From Candidatus Latescibacterota bacterium (GTDB lineage Bacteria; Latescibacterota; UBA2968; GCA-2709665), in assembly GCA_965222075.1 (NCBI GenBank), contig OZ244937.1, positions 832,001-896,000 of the forward strand: a stretch of 64,000 nucleotides of DNA, read 5' to 3'. Under the pieces are notes generated by a model, which saw only the letters and a list, made by a program, of their open reading frames with translations, had not been told where the DNA came from and did no database searches. A program made the translations under genes and the position numbers. Positions 9,186 through 18,976 of this stretch are shown here, piece by piece. Numbering within the stretch: position 1 is the first letter of the stretch; the number at the start of each line of letters is the position of its first letter.

Positions 9186-11500
9186 TGAGGATCGGCAAAA
9201 GGGGGATGCTGTTCGTGGCGCTGGCCGCCCTGTGCACCCTGACCGGGGCAGTCCGTCTGTGGGCGGCGGCGGACGGGGCGCAGCGTGTGGCAGAGGGGCA
9301 GGATCTGCTGGCTCAGAAGCGGTTTGGAGAAGCGGAGAGGGCTTTTAAATCGGCGTTGCGGGAGGCGCCGATCGATGCGCGGAAGGGATTGGGCAAGGTC
9401 GCCTTTGTCCGGAAGGACTGGGGGAAGGCGAAGGATGCGTATGAAAAGGTTCTGAAGCTGGCCCCGGGCGACATAGAAGCCCTTTACCGCCTTGCGATCT
9501 GTTTTCGAGAGACGGGCAAGTTCAAGGCTTTGATGTTTCGCAGGGCAGACTGGAACCGTTCCCGGCGGCTGTTTGAACAGGTGCTGGAACAGGATTCGCT
9601 GTACCTGGATGCGGTTTACCAGTATGCGGTTTTAAAGCGCTGCCGGGGGAAATATCGGGAGGCGATTCTGCTGGGCCACCGGCAGGTGGCGCAGAAGCCG
9701 GACCTGAGGGCGGCGCAGCTGGGGCTGTTCCGGCTCTACCTGCATTTCCTGGACAACCGCGGCGAATGGAAGACCATCGCCTGGCTGCGGAGACAGGATT
9801 TTGAACATGCGCGCTGTTTTGTCGGCGAGGCTTTGCGCCGGGCCGGCCGACCTGCCCAGGCCGATTCGGTCCTCCGAGCCTGGCTGGCCGCTGCGCCGTC
9901 GATCAGCACGGTTCCGGCCCGGCTCTCCCTGGTCCGGCTCGCCTACCAGCGCGGGCAGCCGGGGGCCGCGGAGGCCACTTTCCGGACCGCCGTTGACAGC
10001 ATCCGCACGCGGCTGGACGCGGAACTCATCTTCGAAGATGTAAAATACGTTGTTACCGAAATGGAGCTGGAATCGTTTCGGGGCCTTTCTTCGCCGGAGG
10101 AATACAGAGGGTTCTACCGCCGTTTCTGGACCGGCCGGGACCCCACGCCGGCCGCGGATACGAACGCCCGGCTGGCCGAGCACTACCGGCGGCTGATCTA
10201 CGCCGAGGCGTATTACGTCTACGACGGCTTCCGTACCTGGGCCAACAGTCCCGACAAGACAAACGAGCTTGCGTATCCCGCTACGTTTTATCTCAATGAC
10301 CGGTTTAACGACAAGGGGCTGATCTACATCCGCCACGGCGATCCAAACGATTACGCGCAGACGCCGGGCCAGAATATCGTGGTCAACACGTCCTGGTTTT
10401 ACGGAAAGACCGAGACGCTGCCCGAGATGGTGTTTCATTTTGTGGTTGATGAAAACGCCTCCGGCAACAACTGGCGGCTGTCACCCTATCCCGGGTCCGT
10501 GCAGGGGCGCGAGACCTGGGGGGCGGTGTATCAACCACCGCAGGGCCGGCGGCGCCGGGGTCGAGGCCGCGGGGGGCGATGGCGCGGAGGTCAACAGCCT
10601 GGAGATCTCCGCCGGATGGCGCGTGAAAGAGAGATGGCTGTACAGAGCCGCAGCGCGGTTGCGGTGGGGTTTCGCACAGACCGGCACGCCTGGGAGCGGG
10701 ATATCGATCCTTTGCCCTACGATTCCTACCTGGCGTTTTTTAAGGAGGAAACAGGGGGCACCATGCTGGAACTTTATTACGGGGTGCCGCTGAAGGACAC
10801 GCCGGTGGCCGACACATCCGCAGTGTACGAGTACGGAATGGCGCTGCACGATCTGGAATGGCATCCGGTTATGCGGCACCGGGGGCGCATCGTGGCGGAG
10901 GAGATCCCCCGCATCCGGTTTGATGAGACGGGGATTGGAACAGTCCGGCTGCAGGCGAGGCCCGATTCGTGCCACGCGGCCTTTTATATTGGAGAACGCA
11001 CCGGACGGCGGCTGGGCGGCTGGAAGGGCGACATCCGGATTCCGGCATTTTCCGAGGTCGCCCTGGAGATGAGCAGCATTGTTCCTGCGCATACGATTTC
11101 ATCTGCTGTCGAAGCGAATGACGCATTCTTTTTCCGCGGGCTTCACCTGGTGCCCAATCCTTCCCGGCGGTTTTTACGCAAAAAGCCGGTGTACATCTAT
11201 TTTGAGGTTTACAATCTCACCCCGGATGAGGGGGGGGTGACCTCCTTTGAGGTCGAATATACGGTTTCCAGGCGCAAGCGGAAGCGGCCGATCAAAAAGC
11301 GGCTTTCCATATTTGGCAGCAACGCCAAACCTGCCACTGCAGTCGCTGTTGAACGCACCGGAGATACGCCGACTTCGGCGGAGTACCTTTCGCTGGATCT
11401 CAGCCGGATAGGACGGGGCGAGTTTCGGCTGGATATCAAAGTGACGGATCGCCGGTCGGGTGAACAGAGCGAGGATTCTGTGGATCTGGTTCTGTTTTGA
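9185..11500 (+). CDS. Secreted TPR + GWxTD-domain protein
   Basis: Signal peptide, TPR helices, FWTGRDPTP...NARLAEHYRRL...DKGLIYIRHGDP. Confidence 0.8.
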   Translation: MRIGKRGMLFVALAALCTLTGAVRLWAAADGAQRVAEGQDLLAQKRFGEAERAFKSALREAPIDARKGLGKVAFVRKDWGKAKDAYEKVLKLAPGDIEALYRLAICFRETGKFKALMFRRADWNRSRRLFEQVLEQDSLYLDAVYQYAVLKRCRGKYREAILLGHRQVAQKPDLRAAQLGLFRLYLHFLDNRGEWKTIAWLRRQDFEHARCFVGEALRRAGRPAQADSVLRAWLAAAPSISTVPARLSLVRLAYQRGQPGAAEATFRTAVDSIRTRLDAELIFEDVKYVVTEMELESFRGLSSPEEYRGFYRRFWTGRDPTPAADTNARLAEHYRRLIYAEAYYVYDGFRTWANSPDKTNELAYPATFYLNDRFNDKGLIYIRHGDPNDYAQTPGQNIVVNTSWFYGKTETLPEMVFHFVVDENASGNNWRLSPYPGSVQGRETWGAVYQPPQGRRRRGRGRGGRWRGGQQPGDLRRMAREREMAVQSRSAVAVGFRTDRHAWERDIDPLPYDSYLAFFKEETGGTMLELYYGVPLKDTPVADTSAVYEYGMALHDLEWHPVMRHRGRIVAEEIPRIRFDETGIGTVRLQARPDSCHAAFYIGERTGRRLGGWKGDIRIPAFSEVALEMSSIVPAHTISSAVEANDAFFFRGLHLVPNPSRRFLRKKPVYIYFEVYNLTPDEGGVTSFEVEYTVSRRKRKRPIKKRLSIFGSNAKPATAVAVERTGDTPTSAEYLSLDLSRIGRGEFRLDIKVTDRRSGEQSEDSVDLVLF

Positions 11501-11555
11501 TCGAATCACATTGCCCGGCGCAAGACGGCCGGCTACCCGGATAAGGAGTTAAGCT

Positions 11556-12728
11556 ATGCGTGCGGACCGACCGGAAGCCCCTCTGAGGAAATTGATGGGA
11601 CCGGGGCCTCTGGATGTGCATCCAAGGATCTACAGTGCGCTGACGTCGCCGGTGATCGGACATTTGGACCCGGCGTATTTGAAGGTGCTGGACCGGATCG
11701 GAGACCTGCTTCGCCCGGTTTTCGGGACACAAAACCGGGTGACCCATGCGACGCCGGGGACGGGGACGTCGGGGATGGAGGCGTGCGTGGCGAACCTGAT
11801 GGAGCCGGGAGACCGGGTGCTGGTCTGCGTGCACGGCTATTTTGGGGATCGCATCCGGCAGATGGCCGAGCGGCAGGAGGCAGAGGTGACGCTGGTCGAG
11901 GCAGAGTGGGGGAGGCCGACCGATGCGACGCGGGTCGCGGAGGCGTTGAAGGACGGGGGGTACAAGGTGATCACGCTGGTCCATGCAGAGACGTCGACCG
12001 GGGTGCTTCAGCCGATGGATGAGATTGCAGAACTGGCGAAGGCGCACGGGGCGATGATTCTGCTGGATACCGTAACGTCGCTGGGTGGGGTCGAGGTGAA
12101 GGTGGATGAATGGGGGGTGGATGCGGGGTATAGCTGTTCCCAGAAGTGCATCGGGGCGCCGTCGGGACTGGCGCCGGTGACGTTCAGCGACCGGGCCATT
12201 GAAGTGGCGGCGAACCGAAAACACCCGGTGCGGACCTGGTACCTGGATATTTCGCTGCTGGACCAGTACTGGGGACCGGAGCGGGTGTACCACCATACGA
12301 GTTCGAGTACGCTGAATTATGCGCTTTTGGAGGCGCTGCTGCTGATGGAGGAGGAGGGGCTGCAAAATCGGCTGGCGCGGCATTTGAAGAACCACAAGGC
12401 GCTGGTTGCGGGCGTGGAGGCGATGGGGCTGGAGATGCTGGTGGCTCCGGAGCACCGGCTGCCGACGCTGAATACCGTGCGGATTCCCGACGGGGTGGAC
12501 GATGCGAAGGTTCGGGGGTATCTGCTGGAGACCTTTAGTTTGGAGATCGGCGGGGGGTTGGGCGCGCTGAAGGGGCAGGTGTGGCGGGTGGGGCTGATGG
12601 GCTATTCCTCGTCGGCGGAAAACGTGCTCTTTTTCCTTTCGGCGATGAGCCGGGCGCTGGCCGACCAGGGGTGGATGATGGATGTGGAGGCCGGGCTGGA
12701 GGCAGCGATGTTGGTGTTGAACGCGTGA
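11556..12728 (+). CDS. Alanine--glyoxylate/serine--pyruvate aminotransferase (class V PLP)
   Basis: LMGPGP, VHAETSTG, SQKC, YHHT, WRVGLMG. Confidence 0.92.
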   Translation: MRADRPEAPLRKLMGPGPLDVHPRIYSALTSPVIGHLDPAYLKVLDRIGDLLRPVFGTQNRVTHATPGTGTSGMEACVANLMEPGDRVLVCVHGYFGDRIRQMAERQEAEVTLVEAEWGRPTDATRVAEALKDGGYKVITLVHAETSTGVLQPMDEIAELAKAHGAMILLDTVTSLGGVEVKVDEWGVDAGYSCSQKCIGAPSGLAPVTFSDRAIEVAANRKHPVRTWYLDISLLDQYWGPERVYHHTSSSTLNYALLEALLLMEEEGLQNRLARHLKNHKALVAGVEAMGLEMLVAPEHRLPTLNTVRIPDGVDDAKVRGYLLETFSLEIGGGLGALKGQVWRVGLMGYSSSAENVLFFLSAMSRALADQGWMMDVEAGLEAAMLVLNA

Positions 12729-12729
12729 G

Positions 12730-13926
12730 ATGACCTACCCTGAAGTCGTTCTGAAAGCGGGACGGGAGCGCCGGATTCTGGAAGGACACCCCTGGGTGTT
12801 CAGCGGTGCGGTGGCCCAACACCCCGCGGCCGCAGAGCCGGGCGGTATTGTGGATGTGTTCGATCAGGATCGGAAGTTCACCGCCAGAGGCTATTATAAT
12901 CCGGCGTCGTCAATCCCGGTGCGGGTGCTGACCCGGGACCCGGAACAGCGGGTCGACCGGGCTTTTTTGGTTGCGCGCATCCGGCAGGCGCACGCGCTTC
13001 GGTGGGCGTGGCTGGATACAAAGACGACGAATGCTTACCGCGCGGTGCACGGCGAGAGCGATGGGTTGCCGGGGTTGATTGTGGATCGGTACGCCGATTT
13101 CCTCGTGGCGCAATTCCATACGCTGGGGATGGACCGGCTGAAAGAGCCGGTGGTAGAGGCGCTGCAGCAGGCGGTAGGACCGACCGGGATTTACGAGCGG
13201 AGCGATGTGGGCACGCGCCGGCCGGAGGGGCTGGAGACGTTTCCCACAGGCCTGCTGGCAGGGGAGGAACCGCCCGAGTTGATTGAAATCCGGGAGCACC
13301 GGACGCGGTTCTGGGTGGACGTGCGGCAGGGACAGAAGACGGGGTTTTACCTGGATCAGCGGGAGAACCGGCTGGCCGCCCAGCCTTTTACCCGGGGGCG
13401 GGAGGTGCTGAACTGTTTCAGCTATTCCGGGGGATTTTCGGTGTACGCGGCCCGGGGAAAGGCCTCGCGGGTGGTGAGCGTGGATGTTTCGGAGGCGGCC
13501 CTGGACCTGGCCCGAAGAAACCTGGAACTCAACCGGCTGGATGCAGACGCTCACCCCTGTGTTGCGGCCAATGTATTCGATTATCTGAAGGCATGTAAAG
13601 CGGAGAAGAGACGGTTTGACATGGTGATTGTGGACCCTCCGGCGTTCGTGAAGACCCGGGTGGCGTTAAAGCAGGCGGTGCGGGCCTACATCAGTTTGAA
13701 CCGGAAGGCGATTGAGGTTCTGCGGCCTGACGGGGTGCTGGTGAGCGCGTCGTGCTCCACGCAGGTGAATTACGAGACGTTTTTTACGATTCTCAAGCAT
13801 GCGGCCGCCGCGGCCCGACGGGAGCTCCGGATTGTGAAGAGCCATTTGCAGGCAGTGGACCATCCGGCGTTTACAACATTTCCGGAGGGGCGGTATCTGA
13901 AGTGTTTTTTTGGGGTTGTGAGGTAA
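12730..13926 (+). CDS. rlmI: 23S rRNA m5C1962 methyltransferase RlmI family
   Basis: PUA GHPWVFSG, GQKTGFYLDQRENR, DPPAF, YLK. Confidence 0.88.
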   Translation: MTYPEVVLKAGRERRILEGHPWVFSGAVAQHPAAAEPGGIVDVFDQDRKFTARGYYNPASSIPVRVLTRDPEQRVDRAFLVARIRQAHALRWAWLDTKTTNAYRAVHGESDGLPGLIVDRYADFLVAQFHTLGMDRLKEPVVEALQQAVGPTGIYERSDVGTRRPEGLETFPTGLLAGEEPPELIEIREHRTRFWVDVRQGQKTGFYLDQRENRLAAQPFTRGREVLNCFSYSGGFSVYAARGKASRVVSVDVSEAALDLARRNLELNRLDADAHPCVAANVFDYLKACKAEKRRFDMVIVDPPAFVKTRVALKQAVRAYISLNRKAIEVLRPDGVLVSASCSTQVNYETFFTILKHAAAAARRELRIVKSHLQAVDHPAFTTFPEGRYLKCFFGVVR

Positions 13927-13936
13927 GAAGCTGTCT

Positions 13937-14773
13937 TTAGCGGGGGATGAGGAGTTGCCAGCTGGTAGAGATGGAGAGGACGAAGGCGAGGGCGGTGAAC
14001 ACCAGGAGCACGAGGGCAAAGAGGATGGCGATGCGGCTTTCGCCGCGATTGACGCCGGAGACGAGGAGGCGGGAGGCGATCCAGCCGCCGATGAAGCCCC
14101 CCAGGTGGGCGAAGTTGTTGACGCCGCTCATCAGGAAGCCCAGGATGAAGAGGAGGATGGCCCACTGCCAGACCTGCCGGGTCATCATCGCCATCATGCT
14201 GCCTCCGTGCCAGCGGCCGTAGACGATGATGGCCCCAAAGAGGCCGAAGATGGCCCCGGAAGCGCCGATGGTGGGGGCGCTGGTGAGGGCGTTGGAGAGG
14301 ACAAAGCCGACGACGCTCCCTGCGGTGAAGATAATAAAGTAGCGGGCGGGACCGTAGAGGTTGCCGACTTCCGGGCCGAGCTGCCGGATCCAGAGGACGT
14401 TGAAGAGGATGTGAAGCAGCCCCCCGTGCAGGTAGGTGGCGGTGAAGACGGTCCACCAGTGGCCACTGGCGGTCGCGAAGCCTCCGGTCATGCCCAGGGC
14501 ATAGAGGGGGCGTGTACCCGGGCTGAGCATGCCAAAGAGGCCGCCGCGGACGTTGAGCGCTGCGCCAAGGTCGAGCAGGAGGCTGAGAACGTAAAGGACA
14601 ATGCAGGCGGTGGGGATCAGGGTAAGCACATCGATCCGTGCGCCAAAGAGCCGGGTCAGCGCCGGTCCCAGGCCCCAGAGGCCGGGGCGGTAGGCGCCGC
14701 AATAGGGACATCGCGTCTCCTGGGTGCTGATGAGGTTGCGGCAGTTGGGACAGACCATCGAGGTAGGGGGCAT
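13937..14773 (-). CDS. Rhomboid intramembrane serine protease with N-terminal zinc ribbon
   Basis: CPNC..CPYC, HGGLLHILFN, GASG, AHLGG. Confidence 0.9.
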   Translation of the reverse strand: MPPTSMVCPNCRNLISTQETRCPYCGAYRPGLWGLGPALTRLFGARIDVLTLIPTACIVLYVLSLLLDLGAALNVRGGLFGMLSPGTRPLYALGMTGGFATASGHWWTVFTATYLHGGLLHILFNVLWIRQLGPEVGNLYGPARYFIIFTAGSVVGFVLSNALTSAPTIGASGAIFGLFGAIIVYGRWHGGSMMAMMTRQVWQWAILLFILGFLMSGVNNFAHLGGFIGGWIASRLLVSGVNRGESRIAILFALVLLVFTALAFVLSISTSWQLLIPR

Positions 14774-14789
14774 GGGTTTCCTGCTGTAT

Positions 14790-14860
14790 AAGAAGATGCT
14801 TGGAAAATAGCCTTTCGGTAGATATTCAGGTCCAACAGTTCTTTTACTCTTGGCCTTTTT
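14790..14860. repeat. Isolated end of the dispersed MITE-like family
   Basis: TGCTTGGAAAATAGCCTTTC...TTCTTTTACTCTTGGCCTTTTT resembles 49398-49460 and the reverse complement of 22433-22473. Confidence 0.7.
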
Positions 14861-14884
14861 TACCTTTCCTGGAGAAACAAGGAA

Positions 14885-14910
14885 ACCCGTTAAACCGGGG
14901 CTTAACGGGC
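14885..14910 (-). terminator. Hairpin immediately 3' of tRNA-Gly
   Basis: CCCGTTAA-N8-TTAACGGG inverted repeat. Confidence 0.45.
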
Positions 14911-14920
14911 GTTTGAAATC

Positions 14921-14996
<76 letters not shown>

Positions 14997-15015
14997 TCTG
15001 CTTGGGCCTGTGTTG

Positions 15016-15097
15016 AATATACTCACAAGCCAGGGGGCTGTCAACCCCAAAACAGTTGGCTTATTGGATTGACAAATATCACCCCAAACCCTATACT
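15016..15097. promoter_or_regulatory. Divergent sigma70 promoters (tRNA-Gly and hydantoinase operon)
   Basis: Minus: TTGACA(15044-15039)-17-TATATT. Plus: TTGACA(15069)-17-TATACT(15092). Confidence 0.8.
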
Positions 15098-15146
15098 GTT
15101 GTGGTCAGTATACCTGTGACTTTGGTGAATAGGAGGATAAGCGGTT

Positions 15147-17249
15147 GTGGCTTTAAATACCGGGCGCTACGCTTTGGCAATCGACATTGGGGGAACGTTT
15201 ACGGACGTTGTGGTGCTGGATACGGCGTCGGGGAATATGGCCGTGGCCAAGGTGTTGACGAGCACACCGGATCCATCAACAGCCGTTCTGGAGGGTATGA
15301 AAGGCCTGCTGAGGGAGCAGGGTGTGGCCGCAGAGGAGGTGGGGCGCGCCATCCACGGCACCACGCTGGTGACCAATACACTGATTGAGCGGAAGGGCGC
15401 TTTGACGGGGCTGATTACGACCGAGGGGTTTCGGGACGCGCTGGAGATCGGGCGGGAAGGGCGCTACGATATCTACGATCTGTTCCTGGAGCTGCCCGAG
15501 CCGCTGGTGGAACGGCGGCTCCGGCTGGAGGCGCCCGAGCGGCTGAACGTGCGGGGGGAGGTGCTGGCGCCCTTAGACGGTGGGGCCCTGCGCGAGGCGT
15601 GTGAGGTTTTGCGAAGTGAGGGGGTGGAGGCGGTTGCAATTTCATTTTTGCACGCCTATGCCAATCCTGTCCACGAACAACAGGCGGCCGAGGTGGTCCG
15701 CGAGGTGCTGCCGGATGCGGCGCTGTCGGTTTCTCACCGGGTGGCGCCGGAGCTGCGGGAGTACGACCGGACTTCGACGACGGTGGCCAACGCCTATGTG
15801 CAGCCGCTGGCCGGGCGTTATCTCATGGGGCTGGAGGGTGGGCTGCGGGGGTGTGGGCTGGCGGCCCCCCTGCACATTATGCTTTCCAACGGGGGCAGTT
15901 GCTCGGCAGAGACGGCGGCAGCGTTTCCGGTGCGGCTGGTGGAGTCCGGCCCCTGCGGGGGGGCGCTTGCGGCGGCGTACTGGTGCAGGCGGTCCGGGTG
16001 GGAGGATGTGCTGGCCTTTGACATGGGGGGGACCACGGCCAAGGCGATGCTGAGCAGCAGAGGGGAGTTCCCGATTACTACCGAGTCGGAGGTGGGCCGG
16101 GTCTACCGGTTCAAGCGGGGCAGCGGGCTGCCGCTCCTGGTGCCGGTGATGGATATGATCGAGATCGGCGCCGGGGGAGGCAGCATCGCCCACCTGAACG
16201 AGCTGGGCCTGCCCGCGGTGGGGCCGGAGAGCGCCGGGGCATTGCCGGGGCCGGCCTGCTACGGGCAGGGAGGGTCGGCGCCGACGGTGACGGATGCCGA
16301 TCTGATTCTGGGATTTTTGAATCCCGGGTATTTTCTGGGCGGGCAGATGCGCCTGGATGTTTCCAGGGCACGGGATGCGATTGAGGGCCTGGCGCGGAAG
16401 TTGGAGATGGACGTGGAGCGAATGGCCTGGGGCATCCACCGCCTGGTGAACGAGAATATGGCCAATGCGGGCCGGGTGCACGCCGCCGAGCGGGGGGTTG
16501 ATCCGAGGGGGTATACGATGGTGGCCACGGGGGGCGCCGGTCCTGGGCATGCCTGCGGGGTGGCCGAGCGGCTGGGCATCGAACGGGTGGTCATTCCCCC
16601 GGCGGCCGGGGTGGGGTCTGCTTTCGGGCTGATGCTGGCGCCGATTTCGTTCGATTTTGCGCGGAGCTACGTCTCCCGCCTGGAGAATCTGAATTTTGAC
16701 CGTCTGAACGGTCTGTTTGAAGATATGGAGCGAGAAGGGCGTAAGGTGTTGAGCGAGGCGGGGGTGCCGGAAGGGGCGGTTCGGATGGTGCGAACGGCCG
16801 ATATGCGGTATGTGGGGCAGGGGCACGAGATCCGGGTGCCTGTGCCGGAGGGTCTGTTCGGGCGAAAGCGCGTGAGCCGGCTTCAGGAGGCTTTTGACGG
16901 GGAGTACCGGCGGATCTACGGACGGGTCTGCGAGGGGGTGGCAGTAGAGTCGGTGCACTGGCGGCTGGCCGCGTCGGGACCCAGGCCAGATCCGGGAGAG
17001 GCCCGGGCTGCAACGTCCCGTGCGGGTGGGGATGTGCTGAAAGGACGCCGGCCGGCGCTTTTTGACGTGGAAGGTGGCGCGGTGGAGACGCCGGTGTACG
17101 ATCGCTACGGTCTGGAGGAGGGCTTTGCGGTGGATGGCCCTGCGATTGTGGAGGAGGCCGAATCCACGACGGTTGTGCCGCCGGGGTGGGCCCTGGCCGT
17201 GCACCCGGTGGGGAGTCTTATCTTAACACGATCAGGAGGCAGAGGATGA
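15147..17249 (+). CDS. Hydantoinase A/5-oxoprolinase subunit
   Basis: DIGGTFTD, HGTT, ESGP, DMGGTT, IGAGGGS. Confidence 0.93.
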   Translation: MALNTGRYALAIDIGGTFTDVVVLDTASGNMAVAKVLTSTPDPSTAVLEGMKGLLREQGVAAEEVGRAIHGTTLVTNTLIERKGALTGLITTEGFRDALEIGREGRYDIYDLFLELPEPLVERRLRLEAPERLNVRGEVLAPLDGGALREACEVLRSEGVEAVAISFLHAYANPVHEQQAAEVVREVLPDAALSVSHRVAPELREYDRTSTTVANAYVQPLAGRYLMGLEGGLRGCGLAAPLHIMLSNGGSCSAETAAAFPVRLVESGPCGGALAAAYWCRRSGWEDVLAFDMGGTTAKAMLSSRGEFPITTESEVGRVYRFKRGSGLPLLVPVMDMIEIGAGGGSIAHLNELGLPAVGPESAGALPGPACYGQGGSAPTVTDADLILGFLNPGYFLGGQMRLDVSRARDAIEGLARKLEMDVERMAWGIHRLVNENMANAGRVHAAERGVDPRGYTMVATGGAGPGHACGVAERLGIERVVIPPAAGVGSAFGLMLAPISFDFARSYVSRLENLNFDRLNGLFEDMEREGRKVLSEAGVPEGAVRMVRTADMRYVGQGHEIRVPVPEGLFGRKRVSRLQEAFDGEYRRIYGRVCEGVAVESVHWRLAASGPRPDPGEARAATSRAGGDVLKGRRPALFDVEGGAVETPVYDRYGLEEGFAVDGPAIVEEAESTTVVPPGWALAVHPVGSLILTRSGGRG

Positions 17250-18976
17250 GCCGGAGCGGCCGGGAGCTGGATGCCGTCCTGCTGGAGGTGCTGTGGAATC
17301 GGTTGATTTCGATTGTGAACGAGCAGGCCGCGGCGTTGATACACGCGTCTTTTACGACGGTGGTGCGGGAGGCGGGAGACCTGTCTGCGGGGGTGTTTGA
17401 CGCGGAGGGGAATATGATGGCGCAGGCGGTGACGGGCACGCCGGGGCATATCAATACGATGGCCACCTGCGTGCGGCATTTTGTGCGGGCCTATCCGATC
17501 GAGACGCTGGCGCCGGGGGACAGCCTGTTGACGAACAACCCCTGGCTGGGGTCCGGGCATTATCATGATATTACGGTGGTAACGCCGGTGTTCCACAGGG
17601 GCCGTGGGATCGGGTGGTTCGCCAATACCTGCCATGCAATGGATATCGGCGGACGGACGCTTGGGGCGGATGCGCGGGAGGTGTTCGAGGAGGGGCTGCA
17701 CATCCCGATTATGATGCTGTTCCGGGAAGGCCGGGTGAACCGGGATCTGATCCAGATCGTGCGGGCCAACGTGCGGATGCCGGACTCGGTGGTGGGAGAC
17801 CTCTACGCGCAGCAGGCGGGGAACGATGTGGGGGCGGCCAAGCTGATCGAGATGATGGAGGAGTACGATCTGGACGATCTGGGGGCGCTGTCGGCGTTGA
17901 TCTTCTCCCGGTCGGAGGCGGCCACCCGGGAGGCGATTTTCCAGATTCCCAACGGGACATATAAGGATGAAGTAGATCTGGACGGGTTCGACCACCCGTT
18001 GAAGATGTGTATTGCGCTTACGGTGAACGACCGGGATCTGGTTGTGGATTATGAGGGCACTTCGCCGCAGGTAGACCGGGGGATCAATGTGGTCTACAAC
18101 TACACCCATGCATATACGACCTATCCCCTCATGTGCGCCATCAGCCCGGCGGTGCCGAATAACGAGGGGAGCTTCCGGCCGGTGACGGTCAAAGCGCCGG
18201 AGGGCTCGGTACTGAACGCCCGGTTTCCCTGCGCCGTGGGCGCCCGGCACCTGATCGGACACTTTCTCACCCAGGCCGTGTTCGGCGCGCTGTCGCAGGT
18301 GATACCGGAACAGGTGCTTGCGGATGGGTCGGCCGGGCTGTGGAATACGCAATTGGAGGGCTACGACCGGAACGGCCGGATGTTTGCCTATATCTTCTTT
18401 TCGGCGGGTGGGATGGGCGCCCGGCCAACGGTGGACGGGCTGTCCGCAACGGCGTTTCCCAGCGGGATCAAGGGGGTGCCGGCCGAGGCGATCGAGGCGG
18501 TGTCTCCGGTGCTGATGCTGAAGCGGGCGCTGCGGCCCGATTCGGCGGGGGCGGGGAAGTTCCGCGGCGGCCTGGGCCAGGAGATGGTGTTGAAGATGGA
18601 CAGCGACCGGCCGGTGCTGCATTCCTGTATGTACGACCGCACCCGGTGCGCAGCCCGGGGATTCCTGGGGGGAAAGGACGGGGCCGCCGGGGAGCTGTTC
18701 CTCTCGGACGGCACACGGCCCCATCCGAAGGGCAAGTACGAGATCCCGCCCGATGAAACCGTGACGCTGCGCCTGCCGGGGGGCGCGGGATTCTATCCGC
18801 CGTGGGAGCGGCACCCGGGGCGGGTGCTGGAAGACGTGCGGCAGGGGCGGGTGTCGGTGGGGGCGGCGCGTGAGGATTACGGCGTGGTGATCGATACCGG
18901 CCGGTGGACGGTGGATGAGGCCGGGACGGCGGCGCTGAGGAAGCGCATGCAGCAGGAGGTGATATCGTGTCCGTAG
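17246..18976 (+). CDS. Hydantoinase B/5-oxoprolinase subunit
   Basis: EVLWNRL, NNPWLGSGHYHD, DSAGAGKFRGG, PGGAG. Confidence 0.93.
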   Translation: MSRSGRELDAVLLEVLWNRLISIVNEQAAALIHASFTTVVREAGDLSAGVFDAEGNMMAQAVTGTPGHINTMATCVRHFVRAYPIETLAPGDSLLTNNPWLGSGHYHDITVVTPVFHRGRGIGWFANTCHAMDIGGRTLGADAREVFEEGLHIPIMMLFREGRVNRDLIQIVRANVRMPDSVVGDLYAQQAGNDVGAAKLIEMMEEYDLDDLGALSALIFSRSEAATREAIFQIPNGTYKDEVDLDGFDHPLKMCIALTVNDRDLVVDYEGTSPQVDRGINVVYNYTHAYTTYPLMCAISPAVPNNEGSFRPVTVKAPEGSVLNARFPCAVGARHLIGHFLTQAVFGALSQVIPEQVLADGSAGLWNTQLEGYDRNGRMFAYIFFSAGGMGARPTVDGLSATAFPSGIKGVPAEAIEAVSPVLMLKRALRPDSAGAGKFRGGLGQEMVLKMDSDRPVLHSCMYDRTRCAARGFLGGKDGAAGELFLSDGTRPHPKGKYEIPPDETVTLRLPGGAGFYPPWERHPGRVLEDVRQGRVSVGAAREDYGVVIDTGRWTVDEAGTAALRKRMQQEVISCP

